Made by a program: the position numbers and the translations under genes. The notes below the pieces were generated by a model. That model was not told where the DNA came from. It ran no database searches and was given only the letters and a program-made list of their open reading frames with translations. From assembly GCF_009914755.1 (NCBI RefSeq), contig NC_060925.1: a DNA stretch of 64,000 nucleotides; one strand, 5' to 3'. Below are positions 15,781 through 30,960 of the stretch, piece after piece. How positions within the stretch are numbered: the first letter of the stretch is position 1; each line of letters begins with the position of its first letter. The DNA is from the human T2T-CHM13v2.0 reference genome, Homo sapiens.

Positions 15781-16386
15781 AAGAATATTTTTCTTAATTT
15801 TTCTGTAAAACTAGTTGTTTTAGTTTTCAAAGAAAGATATTTTGGTAGTTTTTCTTTAAAATGCATATCATCATACAGAAATCATTGTCCACGTATATGG
15901 ACATATATATCTATATAAATAGATTATATCTATATAAATATATAGATATATTTGTCCATATATATGTCCATATATATATATGATCTTTTTTTTGATATAG
16001 TGTCCTAGACCTGGAATTCCTGTGTTAAAAAATGAAAACATTTTCAGTCTCTTCATATATATTGACAAATGGCTTTCAGAAAAGTTGTTTCCTCTATTCT
16101 CTTCCTAACATTGTATGAGTTTCCTTTCACATACTTTTGTCAGAGTTTAATTTTATCATTTTCAAAAGTGTTACTTTTATAAAAACTGGTATTTCTTCAA
16201 TTTACCATTTTGTGATTAATTTAATTTTTACTGTGTTCAGGGTTTTATCATATGCTTATTATTTACATTTCCTTTGTGAATTGTGTTCCTATGATTTGCA
16301 CATTTATCTTTTGTGCAGCTGTGTTTAAATTTTGAATATAAAGTTATATGAAAGAGGAAATATGTAATTTACATAAACACACCCAA

Positions 16387-16391
<5 letters not shown>

Positions 16392-16430
<39 letters not shown>

Positions 16431-16434
16431 TGTG
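16392..16434 (+). repeat. (TG)n microsatellite, one interruption
   Basis: Read directly from the sequence. Confidence 0.95.
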
Positions 16435-17074
16435 TATTCTGTGTTGAAATAAATGGTAGAACCAGGACAACAGGTAGAGGTTATGAGGTTGTCATCTGTG
16501 ACACAGTCTAGAGGAGAAACTGTGTGGGCATCTATCAACTTACCTTTTTGAAAGAATCTTAACTATTAGTTTCTGGAATATTCAGAGAAGACTTGTAAGG
16601 CCAACATGGACTCTAGTTTCCATCCTCCTGAGAAGACATTCCATTATGAAATCTAAGTAACTTTGACAGCAAACCCTTCAGTCTTATCATTTTCATTAGA
16701 TAATCTACCACCAACACAATGATCCAAAAATGCATTATATTCTTGCACTGGAGTTCTTCACTTTTTGCTTCACCCCAAAACTGCCGCTCCTAACCACATG
16801 CTTAGCTGCTAACTTTCACACCAGGCTTATGAGAACAGTATTTTCAGTAAGCTCTCTTTTCAATTCCTTTCACAATGGAGCTGCAGAATCTTTGAGTTGA
16901 AAGAAGCCTTAGAGGTGACTAGGATCAATGTATATATATCCCTCTTACCACACACACTCACTGAATATTTTCTAAAAACTACATTAAGAAAAAAAGAAAA
17001 GCCTAATTTAGTGCTGAACTGCTGAAATATTTTGAAATTTGTGGTTTCAAAATCTTAACACTGTTAATTGAAAC

Positions 17075-17629
17075 CAATGTTTCTCATGCCTTTTAGTCTC
17101 TGGACTCCTTTTTAAACATTCTTAAACATAAACCTAATTTTTAGCATAATTGTGGAATATAAAGAGGTTTTGTCTATGTGGGTTATATATATTTATTGTA
17201 AAATAAACTAGATAGAATTTAAAAATATTTAATTATTTATTAAATAATAATAAATCAATATATTAATATAAATAGCACATATTGTATGAAAAACAACCAG
17301 ATATTATAAAACAAAGATTTAATAGGAATAGTGTCACTTTTTTGCATTTTTAGAAATCTTTTAAATGTCTGTCTGAATAATAGATAGCTGGATTCTCATA
17401 TATGCTTTAATATTCTCTATCTGTTGTAATATTATATACCATATAGTTTCTGGAAACATTAATTTTCTACTAATGAGAGAATGAGAGAGAAGAAGAAAAA
17501 TAACTTCTTAGTACTGTTAGGTAAATAATAATACTCATAACACTTAATTAATATTATTTTGACCTTGAAGAATCTTTAAAAGGTTCTTGGGGACTATCTT
17601 GAGTCTCCAGAAAACACTGAGAACCACTG
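17075..17629. mobile_element. hAT-Charlie family DNA transposon relic (MER113-like)
   Basis: Imperfect terminal inverted repeats caatgtttctca / tgagaaccactg and an AT-rich body. Subfamily uncertain. Confidence 0.55.
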
Positions 17630-18364
17630 ATACGCCAACAAGATAAAATTCTTATCCTTACCGCAGCATGGAATAGGACCATACTTTCTTCCTTATAATA
17701 ATACTTCAAGTATTTGAATGTATTTATTGTATTTTCATCTATACTATTATTTTTTAGGACAAAATAGACTTCTTTAAGTTTTCCGTATTTGACACATTAT
17801 CTTGCTCCCTTCCCCACTACCTACCTCCGGTTAGCCTCCTCTGAATACTCTTGGATTTCAATTTCATTTATAATGTGTGATATTCTGGACTGGACACAGC
17901 ACTTCAGGGACCTGGTATCTTGAATCAACAAAGACTTGTCTTCCAAACGATGGTGATTAAGAAGCCACCATGTCCAACTGGTCAGCCAGTTTTTATATTG
18001 TACAAATCAGCAATCTCAGAGTCAACCTAACCAGATTTAGGCAAGGCACTTCCATGATGTATTGATGTATTGGCTATTTTATTAATAGTAATATCAATAA
18101 AAATAATCATTAAGATAACTGATAATATTCAGGACTTCATATGTGCTAGATGCTATGTTTAATGCATACATTTATTCACTCTTCTAATTCTTAACAACTT
18201 TATAATGTATATGTATTTCTTATTCTTATTTTATAGATAAAGAATCTGAGGCATGGAAAATGTAGGCAATTTATTTGAGATTACAGAGCTAATAAGAGGC
18301 AGAGCCAATGTTTGATCTGAACAACTTGATTCTAGGATCATTTTGGCTGGGAATTTTCTGAGAG

Positions 18365-18365
<1 letters not shown>

Positions 18366-18399
<34 letters not shown>

Positions 18400-18407
18400 T
18401 GTGTGTG
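18366..18407 (+). repeat. (TG)n microsatellite, one interruption
   Basis: Read directly from the sequence. Confidence 0.95.
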
Positions 18408-19554
18408 TATAAACATGAGACCATATTAGTATATACACAAATGTCAATATATATTTTAAACTGGAATGTTTTAATAGAGTGGCTTATATGATAGAAATAA
18501 GAGAAATAGAGGAGGATGGAAAGGGACAAAAAAAGGGAAAAGTAATTAGGAATATTGAAAAACCTAAAATGTAGTTCTCTCCATATTCTGGATACTCCTG
18601 CCTTTTTCTTCCACTTTCCACACATTGACCAGTATTCCTTTCTCCTTTCCTAAAATAGTTTTACAGATACTATAGATACCCTTAGCTATTTGACAGTTAT
18701 GTTTCTGTTCTTTTAACATGTCTGCTTCTATAACTGTCACACTTAAATGTTTTCATAGGAATCATGAAAACTATAGTTTTTCCTCCAACGTAAGGATCTC
18801 ATATCACGCTTTCATTCTGAACTAACCATTCCCTCTCTGCAGTTGATGTAACTGTGCCATGTGACCATTGTACACATGTGGGAGGGAGGAGCTGAATTAC
18901 GCCTGACCCCTGGCCAGAGCAAGAGCTACTGGCCAAAGGGGAGATTGAGCATCTGTGTTGTACTTCCCACGTCTCTTCACCTAGGAAGTGCAATAGATTT
19001 CTGACGAGTCTATGATTACCCACTGATGAATAAAGACAATCTCCCTGCACAATTGCACTGCAGGCAAGACTGAACTTATGACCACCACTTCTGTGTAATT
19101 TTGAATTTCTTAGACCTGAACCCTGCTGAGTACACCTGCTTCCTTCTATTCCTTGCTGAAGTTCATTCTTTTCAGTGCGTTAATGGAGCCAAACCAAGCT
19201 GGTGGTGGTAACAATTTGAATAATAATAGTCTTTAACTTTTTATCTTTTGAAAAATAGAATTCTCAGGAGCACTTTTAGCTATAAGATTCCTTCATCCAA
19301 TTAAATAAGCTTTAAGCTTCATGAAAAGTGTAAAAGGGCACAGGTGCATTTGTGGAAATAGAAGGAAGCAATCTTGAGCCTGAATACATTGAGGTACTGG
19401 CAAGCTTCTGGAAGTAGTTGAAGAAGACTTCAGTTAGAAGCTTGGTCAAATGGACAAAGCCCTGACCTGGACATTGGAGACCTGTAGCCACCTTCTGAAT
19501 CCACAGCTGACCTAGTGGCCTTGATATATAATATTGATTGCAGGATAGTTTTGT

Positions 19555-19760
19555 GATGGTTAAGATTGCAGGCTTTAATAACTAGATTTCTTGGATTTAA
19601 ATCCCAACTCTGCCACTTACTGCTTTTCTCTGGGAAGAGTGATTAACCGCTTTGTGCCTCAGTTTCCTTATCTTTAAATGAAAATAATTTGAGTGCATAC
19701 CTCACAGGTACTAAAGAATAAATGATTGGAAAATAAACATTATTGAATATATGTTAGTAA
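19555..19760. mobile_element. MIR
   Basis: ggatttaaatcccaactctgccacttact...tgtgcctcagtttccttatctttaaaatg MIR core. Other MIRs lie near 5575, 18200, 36800, 38950, 44800 and 58720. Confidence 0.7.
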
Positions 19761-20915
19761 TTATTATTTTCATTGTTATGCTATTATTATTTTTATTATT
19801 AATGTATGACATCATGTTACCTGCCTAACAACAGAGTATTGAGACAAAAGCAAAATATTTTTTCTATATTAATAATCATAATAAACACCACTAATGTTTC
19901 CAAACTATACTTTTTTTTAACCCTACATGCCTTTAGTTCATGGAAAGAAAAGTATGTTAAAGATGCTATGGGGGTGAAGAGAATGATAAATATTATTATT
20001 TAAGACAATGTTTGCTATAATTTTTATATATCAAATAAGTTTATATGTTCTCAGAAAATTGGTCTTTGAATAATTGAGGACAGTGTGGGTTTTTATTCTG
20101 TTTCTGGAAGGCGGTGCCTGTGGCTGTGAGAAATAAGGAACAGACCATCTTCCCACATTTGAGAGGGAACTATACAAAAATGGGAAAATATTTGTTTTAA
20201 ATATCTTTTGGATGTGAATTTTGTCATAATTGCAAACTGTTTTGGCAGCAAAACGAATTATTTCGGTAGCAAGAAGAGACTTAACGATGCTATGTGGGAG
20301 AAAAACTAAGTCCCTACTATCTTTCTGAGAGCACGTCTCAGAGGACATGATGTGATCCTGTAAGTTTGTAGCAATCTTATTGTGCCCCAGTGCAGACACT
20401 CCTTCCTACTTCCCTGTAGAAAACAGAACTGTTTTTTTAAAATTCTTTCTCAACTACCATTTTTAATAGTCATGTTACTTGATGACAAAATCTGATACAG
20501 TGGCCTTTAATACTATATAGTGAATGATTTTTGAAAATTTGGAAAACTCTAACCGAAATATACCAGGAACTGCTCTCCTCTTCATCTCAGATGTCTACTT
20601 CCTCTTCAGACCTGTGTGTGAAGCTCTAGAATAGGCTGTTTGGGAAGACTACAAAATCTCCTCTCCGAGGTCCCTTATAACCCTGATAGTTGCTAGATTT
20701 GAAATCAAGGATTTATTCTCCCCCTGCCCTGAGCCTCTCCCTTATGTCCACATAGGCTCTAGCATTGGAAGAAATATTTTAAGATCTCTTTCTTTTTGAC
20801 TTTGTGATACTCCCATATTAAAAATGGCTTATGACAGGAAAAGGACAAATATGCTATATTTTTTCCCTTAAGGCTAATGTTCTCGGGACTACCATGAAAA
20901 ATCCAGGTATCCTAA

Positions 20916-21219
<304 letters not shown>

Positions 21220-21907
21220 CCCTGCTGCCTTTTAAAGCAATTTAATACATGAGTTAAATATCATATTTTAAAAATAGATTTTATTTTTTATTATAATTTT
21301 GATGAATGCATTTTTGTCAAAGTTGTCAAAGTCAAGAAGTCATTATTGAGACCCTGAGGGTAAGGCAGGAGCCAAGTGAGAACAAGCAGATGTCAAAGAT
21401 GGTGAAAAACCAGAACAGCCAGGTCCCCCAGGCATATACAGAGAAGTTTTGCAATGGCAGGTCCCCGTGGTTGTCTGACCCAGACTTCCACCTTGAGGTA
21501 ACTGGGGTAACTATAACGATATTTTCATCCTGATCTCTTCATGCAGTTATATGTTTCCAAGAACAGATAAACTGTGAACTTAATACAAGTGTCTCCTTTA
21601 CTTGGATTCTCACCATCTGGGTGGTAAACATGACAGAAACATTCAAGTATGTTCAATGTAGTACATGGTAACAAATGCTTTAGCACAGACTAGGGAGCAT
21701 GTCTGGCAACATGTTGGCAAATAATTAAATTGGCACATTCAGGATAAAATGAGAACATGGAAAAACAGAATATGATTCTCTTCCCAGCCCTGGAAAGACA
21801 TCCCAAGTGTACGTATTGTTTATATTATGTTATTAGTATATCTTTACCAGCAAAGGGCAGGTCATCATCATTCAATATGCTCAAATACTCACATTTAAAG
21901 ACATAGG

Positions 21908-22175
<268 letters not shown>

Positions 22176-24123
22176 GAGAGATGTAGGGAGCATTGTGGAC
22201 ATCTATTCATGGAGGGTTAAACAATAGAATTAGACAACCATGTGTATGTGTGGAATCATGTGTTTTTTCCACACATGTAGGAAGGAGAAGGTAGGAACAA
22301 TGAAAAGATTCTTTTAGTGATCATAGTGGCTCCAAAACAGATGCTTTGGTATATGTAATACCCATTTATCTTATAAAGAAAATAAAGAAATAATAAAAGC
22401 ATTTGCTAACCATGTTAGATGCTATAGTAAATGTAAAAATAAAGGGTCTGTTAATATATTAACTGAGCTTAATATATGATGTGATATAACAGCAGCCTTC
22501 AAATATGCGGAGGGCTATAACAGAGATCATGATGAACAGACTTTTATTCTGGCTTAGAAAGACTAGACACAGAAATTAAAGGCATAAATTACTCTACAAG
22601 CAAAGCAATCTTAACATAACACTCCTTTCAAGGTAGACTATGAATATTTCCACCAATAATATATTTATTAAAATAGATTCCTTTTCATTTGTCTTTTTAA
22701 GTTAAACATAATCTTGCTTGAATGAGGATGAGTATAAGATACCTCAGTCATGACCTTGTAGATCACTGCATCAGCCAGCTTTGTATTCAGCTATCAAACA
22801 AAATAAAATGTGATCACTAGTGGTTCAAATACATTGGAGTTCTACAACTAAAGATCTAAAGGAATGAAATCCATGACTAGTACAAAGACATAATAATGCC
22901 CTAAGCAACTTACGATATTTTGATGTTTCTTTTCTGACACCCCATTCGATAGGCTTTTGTCTTCATGCTCAGCATCTCCTATCTCATTTGGGATGCTATG
23001 CGTCCACACCTTTCATCACATTCCAGCAAAAAGAAAGGGAAGGCAAAGTGGTAATATATTTTTCCTAGTGAGGTTTTGCCTCTTTATTCAGGGATGGAAA
23101 CCTTCCCCAGAAGCTTTTGTCTACACTTATTGGCCAGAAATTTAACATATAACCATTCATTGCTGTCAGAGGTGGGAAGGAGTCCCTGAGAAAGAAATTA
23201 TTCTTGTTTTCCAGCCTCTATTGTAGCATTTAACAAGGAAGAATGGGATTATGAATAGCTTTGGAATGTTTATCATGTCTTCTAGTTGCCATAGCTCATA
23301 GTCATTTTATATGATTGAATCTATATTAGGCCTTTTATCTGACAAGTTTCCCAATGTACAAAGACTGAAAAAAAATAATTTTCCTCAGATGGGAATAAAG
23401 AATGTCAACTGGTCTGGCCAAGTGAGTTTGGAAAGCTAAGATTTAGCCTTGGGTGCATTATTGATGGACAATAAAGGAGTAGGTGGCACTCATCCATTCA
23501 TTCAGTTATTCTAGCTGTGCTATTGAATACTTGCTAACTGCAAAGCACAGAGCTAGATCCTAGTAAGAATATAGAAAAGAAAGTCACAGTCTCTGCCTTG
23601 AAAACATATTTATTTTATTTCTAGGACAAGACATCTACACATATACAAACTGTCAATTCATAACATGTCATGGAAACATAAAAGAAGGTATCAGTGAAAG
23701 TGGAGTGTTTAAGGAAATTTCCATGCAGTTGATAGAATTTTAATCCTATAATTTCAATAGGTAGTAGCTGTGTCTCAGGCATTCTAGGCAGTGCACAGCA
23801 AGAGAAAAGATTGAGATAAAGATAAAAACTGGAAAGAAGTAGGCAATCAGTCATATTTCTGCAAAGCAATGTTAGAAAATTGCATGTGTTAGCTTGTATA
23901 CACAACTTAGCTTACAATGTTAGCTTGTAGCTAACTGAATACAGATGTGAGAGTTAAAATATACTCTCCTAACAGTAGAATAATGATTGTTAGAGTGGCA
24001 GGGATGATCTTATAGAAATAAACATTGGACAACCAGCAAAAACAGTGAAAGCCAGCCATATGGCTATCTGGAGGAAGAGCATTCCAGCTACTCAAATCCA
24101 AAGTGGTATCATGGTGTGATGTC

Positions 24124-24251
24124 TTTTTTTTTATTTTTGTTTTAGAGACAGGGTCTCACTATATTCCCCAGGCTGGTTTCAAACTCCTGAGCTCCTGTGA
24201 TTCTCCTGCCTCAGCCTCCTGAGTATAGTCACATGCCACCATGCCCAGCTA
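24124..24251 (-). mobile_element. Alu monomer (FLAM-like)
   Basis: agagacagggtctcactat...ccaccatgcccagct, single arm. Confidence 0.75.
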
Positions 24252-26696
24252 AGTTATATATAAACATAAGCACAGAGTAACATGGTAGCAAAAAATAATG
24301 TCACCCAAATTAGGGTTTTGAAGACAATACAGGAGTTAGATAGATAAAGAAGAGAGGGAAGGGCATAACACAAAGGAACAGGAAGTATTAAAATGTGCGT
24401 GTTATGGACTTGCATACAAATTGAGTGCTTTAATTTTGCCAAGCATCTTTCATAACACTATAAGGAATTAACAGTATGAGATAGCATAAGTAAGGGGGCC
24501 TGAGAACTTACATAAACACCCTTGGTACATGGAAAGTAAATATAAAATGGTGCTGATAATTCTAATTACATAGTTTATAGAAAAGATACATGACCAAGCT
24601 TGAAGCAAGAATGATTGATAAGGAATTAGGTAGGTTCTGTATAAGGAAAGGTGATTTCAGATCCCAAAAGGGCATGGCTGAATGTTTAGCCTTTCAGAGT
24701 TGGGGAATCCATTTCTTCCTGTGGAAGGATTAGTCTTTAGGTGAATAGATATGTATCGAAGGGAAATTAAGAGAGCATAAGAAAACCCCACTTTACCTGC
24801 CATCTATCCATGGAAGCAGCAATAAGACCACCTGAGAGCTATGGTACAATTAAATTGAAGATATTTGAACACATAAAGTAGGTGTAATGTAACATATAGG
24901 CTCAAACATTTGAAAGTGATGATATTTGGTCATTGCTGGCCTACAAAAGAAATGATTTTATGTGATTCAGTCTAATGGTAATAGTTACAAAGGATTGACT
25001 TCTTCGCAAATAAAATGGTTGAAATAGTACCCAAAACTAGCAGATTGGGCAAAAATTACAAAGAAATATCTAAGTGGTTGCATAGTAACCACAAAAATGA
25101 ACACACTTATTTTCAGAGTTCAAACCGTGGTAGATTTGAGAGTATGTTTGGAAATGACTAATGCTTAGTGTTGTTTACCCTGTCACCACATTCCTGCATA
25201 AGGCTCTTTATCTCTGACTGGTCATGCTCACATCTGTTTTCTGCCAGCCTTTTCTGGTGCCCGCAGGCACCCACCTGCACCCAATGTCCTCCTTTTATGC
25301 TTTCTGGCCTCCTTTCATGTACTGTGTGGTCCACCATACTACCTAATCTGCTATATACTCACAAAACTATTTACTTCTTTTGAAAAAAATGTATTATTAG
25401 ATTTAAATATATGTATTTATATTTCCCTTCACTTTTTAAAGTTTTCACTTTATTTTTATACTATGTTTTAAGCTTCCCTAATATCCCACTGCTGAATCCC
25501 ACTGACATGGAATCCACGGCATGGTGAATCCCTGACTTACCCATTCCTACTAGAAGTAGAGCCAGAATCTAATCCAGACCTCCTGCCAGCCACTCCCAGA
25601 CCCCTTCTTTCCCCCAAAGAAAATGAAGAACATATTTTTTGTGCAAAGAGATACAATCAGGAAATTTTTTTAAAATCAGCTTTTATTTTAACTGAATAGC
25701 TTACTTAGTCCTGGGGCTGTAAAGTCAACTGAATGATGGAGTCATTTTTTTCAAAATGCGACATCTTCTTACCCACTTCTCTTATTACTCTCATCATTAT
25801 GAAAATCACATTTGTGAAAGGAAATGAATTTATATCAGGTTTTCTTTGGCATCACCCAAAGGACCTTAGTAAAGAAAATTAATACTAATTTTATTTTCTA
25901 TTGTGAGCACCTTAATACGGAACTGTAAGAATAATTACTATTTTTAATGCCAAATGAAGCATGTAAGTATTACTAGCTTCTTTTTTGTATTAACTTCTAT
26001 ACTTATCTCAGGAGTTTTTATAGTGATATAGACATTTTGTGAAATAGATCATGAGTGAAACATAGACCTGGTATAGCTTGACTGGGGCCTACTTTACAGA
26101 TTTGTCCTTAAGTACTGAATATAAATGTTTCTGCTTCTTATTTTCCTTAGCATTTTTAAAGAAAGTCCTGGAAGCCAAAAATCTCCATGATGAAATATTT
26201 ATAATTATTAATCACTGTTATATGACCTTATTATGTATGAAAACTATATTCAACATCCTAAATATGAAATGTGATTAGTTCTGATTTTAAAGATTTGTGA
26301 TAAAACAAGACACCATTGATGAAATACATAGAAAAAGGAAGACAAAATAGCTTGGGACACATTAATAACTTACACAAAAAATTTTAAAAATTAAATCTTC
26401 TAATAGATTTGATATATAATATACCCCAGAAATATTTACATTATATTTTCAAAGTCTAGAGCATTTCTTCCATAGACTCCAAAACTATTTGTATATATTA
26501 TCATCGAAACACAATTTTGAGAGAAGTTGGAATGGCAGTGCAGTTAGCAGATAAAAAAAATACCCACTTTTCTTTACAAGTCTCTATCTAATTCATACTC
26601 CCTATTGCTCTTTCCTGCTTCACAAACTTCTTAAAAGATTTTTTCATGTGGTGTGAATATTTAAAATCTGTCTTAGCAATTTTCAAATATACAATA

Positions 26697-26930
26697 TAGC
26701 TGGCCATCTGTATTTGTGGGTTTTGCATCCTCTGATTCAGCCAACCATGGATTGAAAATATTAGGAAAAAATGACGAAATACAACAATACATCATAAAAA
26801 TAATACAACTTAAAAGACAATACAGTATAACAACTATTTACATAGCATTTATTTTGCATTAAGTATTATAAGTAATCTAAAGATGATTTAAGGTATATGG
26901 GAAAATATACTTAGGTGATGTACAAAAACT
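26697..26930. mobile_element. MER2 (TcMar-Tigger) fragment flanked by L1M 3' fragments
   Basis: aatacagtataacaactatttacatagcattt...agtattataagtaatctaaagatgatttaagg. Confidence 0.65.
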
Positions 26931-27989
26931 TTAATCATTTCATAGTGTATACATATATCAAAATGTCACATTGTACCTTATAAATACTCATAATCATTTG
27001 TCAATTAAAAATAATTTAAATTTTTTGAAATGTAAAAAAAAAAAATTTTTCTAGCCTCCCAGTCTACACTCTCACTTTTCACTAACCATTTACTGCTTTC
27101 TTGCTTGTTCTCCCAGCACACCACAAAAACAACTTCCATGCATACACCAGTATCACCCCCCTCACCCCCCTGTTTCCAATAAATTAAACCCAATGGACCA
27201 AGCTAAAGCATTTATTATACTTCACCTCTCAGAGGCATTTAACGCTATTGACAACTTCCTTCTTTTCAAAATCCTGTCCTCCCCTAATTTTCATGAAACA
27301 TGAAACTACCTTCTAGTTCTCTTATTTATCTCAGCCATCTGGCTCCTCTTTCTCTATTCCCTTGTTACCTATTGGTGTTGGTATGTATTCCATTCTAGAA
27401 CTTTGTCTCCTCTACTGTGATGCTATCATTTAGGGTGAAATCAACTACTCCCATTGCTTAATTTGTCTTTTATAAATTTGTGACTTCTACATCTATAGCT
27501 CCAGTTCTGCTGTCTTTTTTGTATTAAAGACCAATTTCTCCAACTATGCACTAGACACTTCCAACTAGTATCCCACTGGTATCTCAAATTCAACATTATT
27601 GAACTCAAAAACTTCTTTTGTTAACTTGCCTTGCTGTCATATTTCCTGTATTGGTGAATTATATCAGCTTCCATAGACTTGCCTGAGCCAATATAACCTA
27701 GGACATATTCTCCTTTTCCCTTAACTCAGCATTGACTGACAAAGAACATGCTAGGAAGTCTGTATTCTTCATGTCTTAAAATATTCACCTCTGCTTCCAT
27801 TGCCACAGCTTTGATTTGGGCCACTCACATTTCTGCAGTAGTCTCTGAGATTGTTATCATCCATATCTCTGCATTTTTCTTGCTAATGAGACCTTCATTA
27901 AAATTATTTTGTAAGTATTTAATTATTTAGCAGTTCATGCCTTTCCATATGACTTAAAATTCCATTGGGTTTTGCTTTTTTCCTGTAAC

Positions 27990-29260
<1,271 letters not shown>

Positions 29261-30639
29261 AATGATCTCACACAAGTTATTTATTGCACCTTATTGTGCT
29301 TTCTTTTTCTCTGAAATAGAGGTAATAATTATACATACTTCATATTATTACAATGATTCAGGAAGCTAATGTATATGGTATACTTACATATATATATGAC
29401 CTAGTATAACGCATGATACATAATAAGTGCTGTGTACATGCTCAGTCAAATAATGGTCATTTGAAAACATTTATTGAGTAAATGAAGAGGAAAGTGTTTA
29501 TTTTCAATACATTCAAAGATATTGTTTTGGTTATTTCCATTACAGAGGCATAATCAGTTTACTATTCAGAAAAATGCAAGAGTACATTTTTACTGCTCCT
29601 CCAGTGATACTATGGAAAACAATGTTTTAGAAAAATAAAGAAGGTGTGAATAATGATTAAAGAATCATACACTCTCAAAGTGAAACAATTTCCCAAGAAA
29701 TGCGGTAGAATAAGCCTTTTGGTTTCTGATTTTTTTTCTTAACTTTGCTTGTATGTTGTAGAAAGCTAATCTAAATTTAAGAAATTGAAATTTTGAAGTA
29801 TTAATAATGTACTTCTCTCCCAAAATTGTTTTAATGTAATGATTTTTGCCATATGGATGAATTATATATGCATCTAGAGGCTAAAAACCATAAAAACAAG
29901 CTTCTTCTTAGTAGACTTTTGTTGTTTATTTTGTACAGCATAAAGCAGCAGTCAAAAAGTTTTCCAAACAAATTATCTTATGTATTTTGACTAAACCCAG
30001 ATTTATCTTCTTAAAATGAAGACCTTTGTTGTAGTTGCATTTGTTCCTCATATGCAGTAGAATGACCCAGCCTCTTTGGCTTAGAGGTAGTGCCTCCTTT
30101 TTACGACACTTGGAGCGGCATCTGATGCTCATCACTTCAGTTGGATAAGGAATGCTGTCCAGTCACAGAGACTCATGAGATCATGTCCAATGAAGGCATT
30201 TAACAATAAATTCACAACTAGTGAGTGAGAATTTTATAAAGCAGTTTCAAGTATTAAGTAGATAGGTAGGTAAGCTTTATTATATTTTTTAAATGTGAAA
30301 TTTTACAATTGTGAAAATTTACAATTTTACAATTTTACAATGTCAGGATGGATAACATTGCCTTTTTAGTAATGGTAGCCTTCACTATCTGCATTATGAC
30401 TGTACAATAATAACATATAATAATATATATAGCATATATATTTTATATATATAACATAATATATAACATATATAATAACATATAATTATAACATAATAAC
30501 TGGGGCTATGATTGCAAACATTTATAAGATGTGGTATGAAAATGTCCCAATCACAAAAACACTCAATTTAAAAATGAAAGAAAATGAATCTATGCTATGC
30601 TTTGCTTCATCTTTCTCTGAACTAGTTACAAACAAACCT

Positions 30640-30960
30640 TTTAAAAATAAGCTTTCAATTTGGGAATAATTTTAGATTTACAGAAAAGTTGCAAAGATAG
30701 TAAGGAAAGTCCCCATTTGCTCTTCATTTGGCTTCCTCTAATATTAACATTTGCCAAGGTTACATTTGTTAAAACTAAGAAGTAACCATGGGTACAATGC
30801 TATTAACCAAATTACAGCTTTCATTTGAATTTTGCCCATTTTTCCAATATTGTTCTTTTCCTGCTACAGCATCCAATCTAGGACCTCATGTTGCATTTAT
30901 TTCTTATGCATCTTTAGTCCCCTAGGATTTGTGACGGTTTTCTGTCTTTTTTCTTTTGAA
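30640..30960 (-). mobile_element. L1M (L1MC/MB-like) 3' end
   Basis: ataattttagatttacagaaaagttgcaaagatagta, typical of an antisense L1MC 3'UTR. Confidence 0.7.

Noticed and set aside
30290-30500. Short tandem ttttacaa and ataacatata units
   Set aside because: Ordinary slippage-derived low-complexity repeats with no spacer structure. Not a CRISPR-like array.
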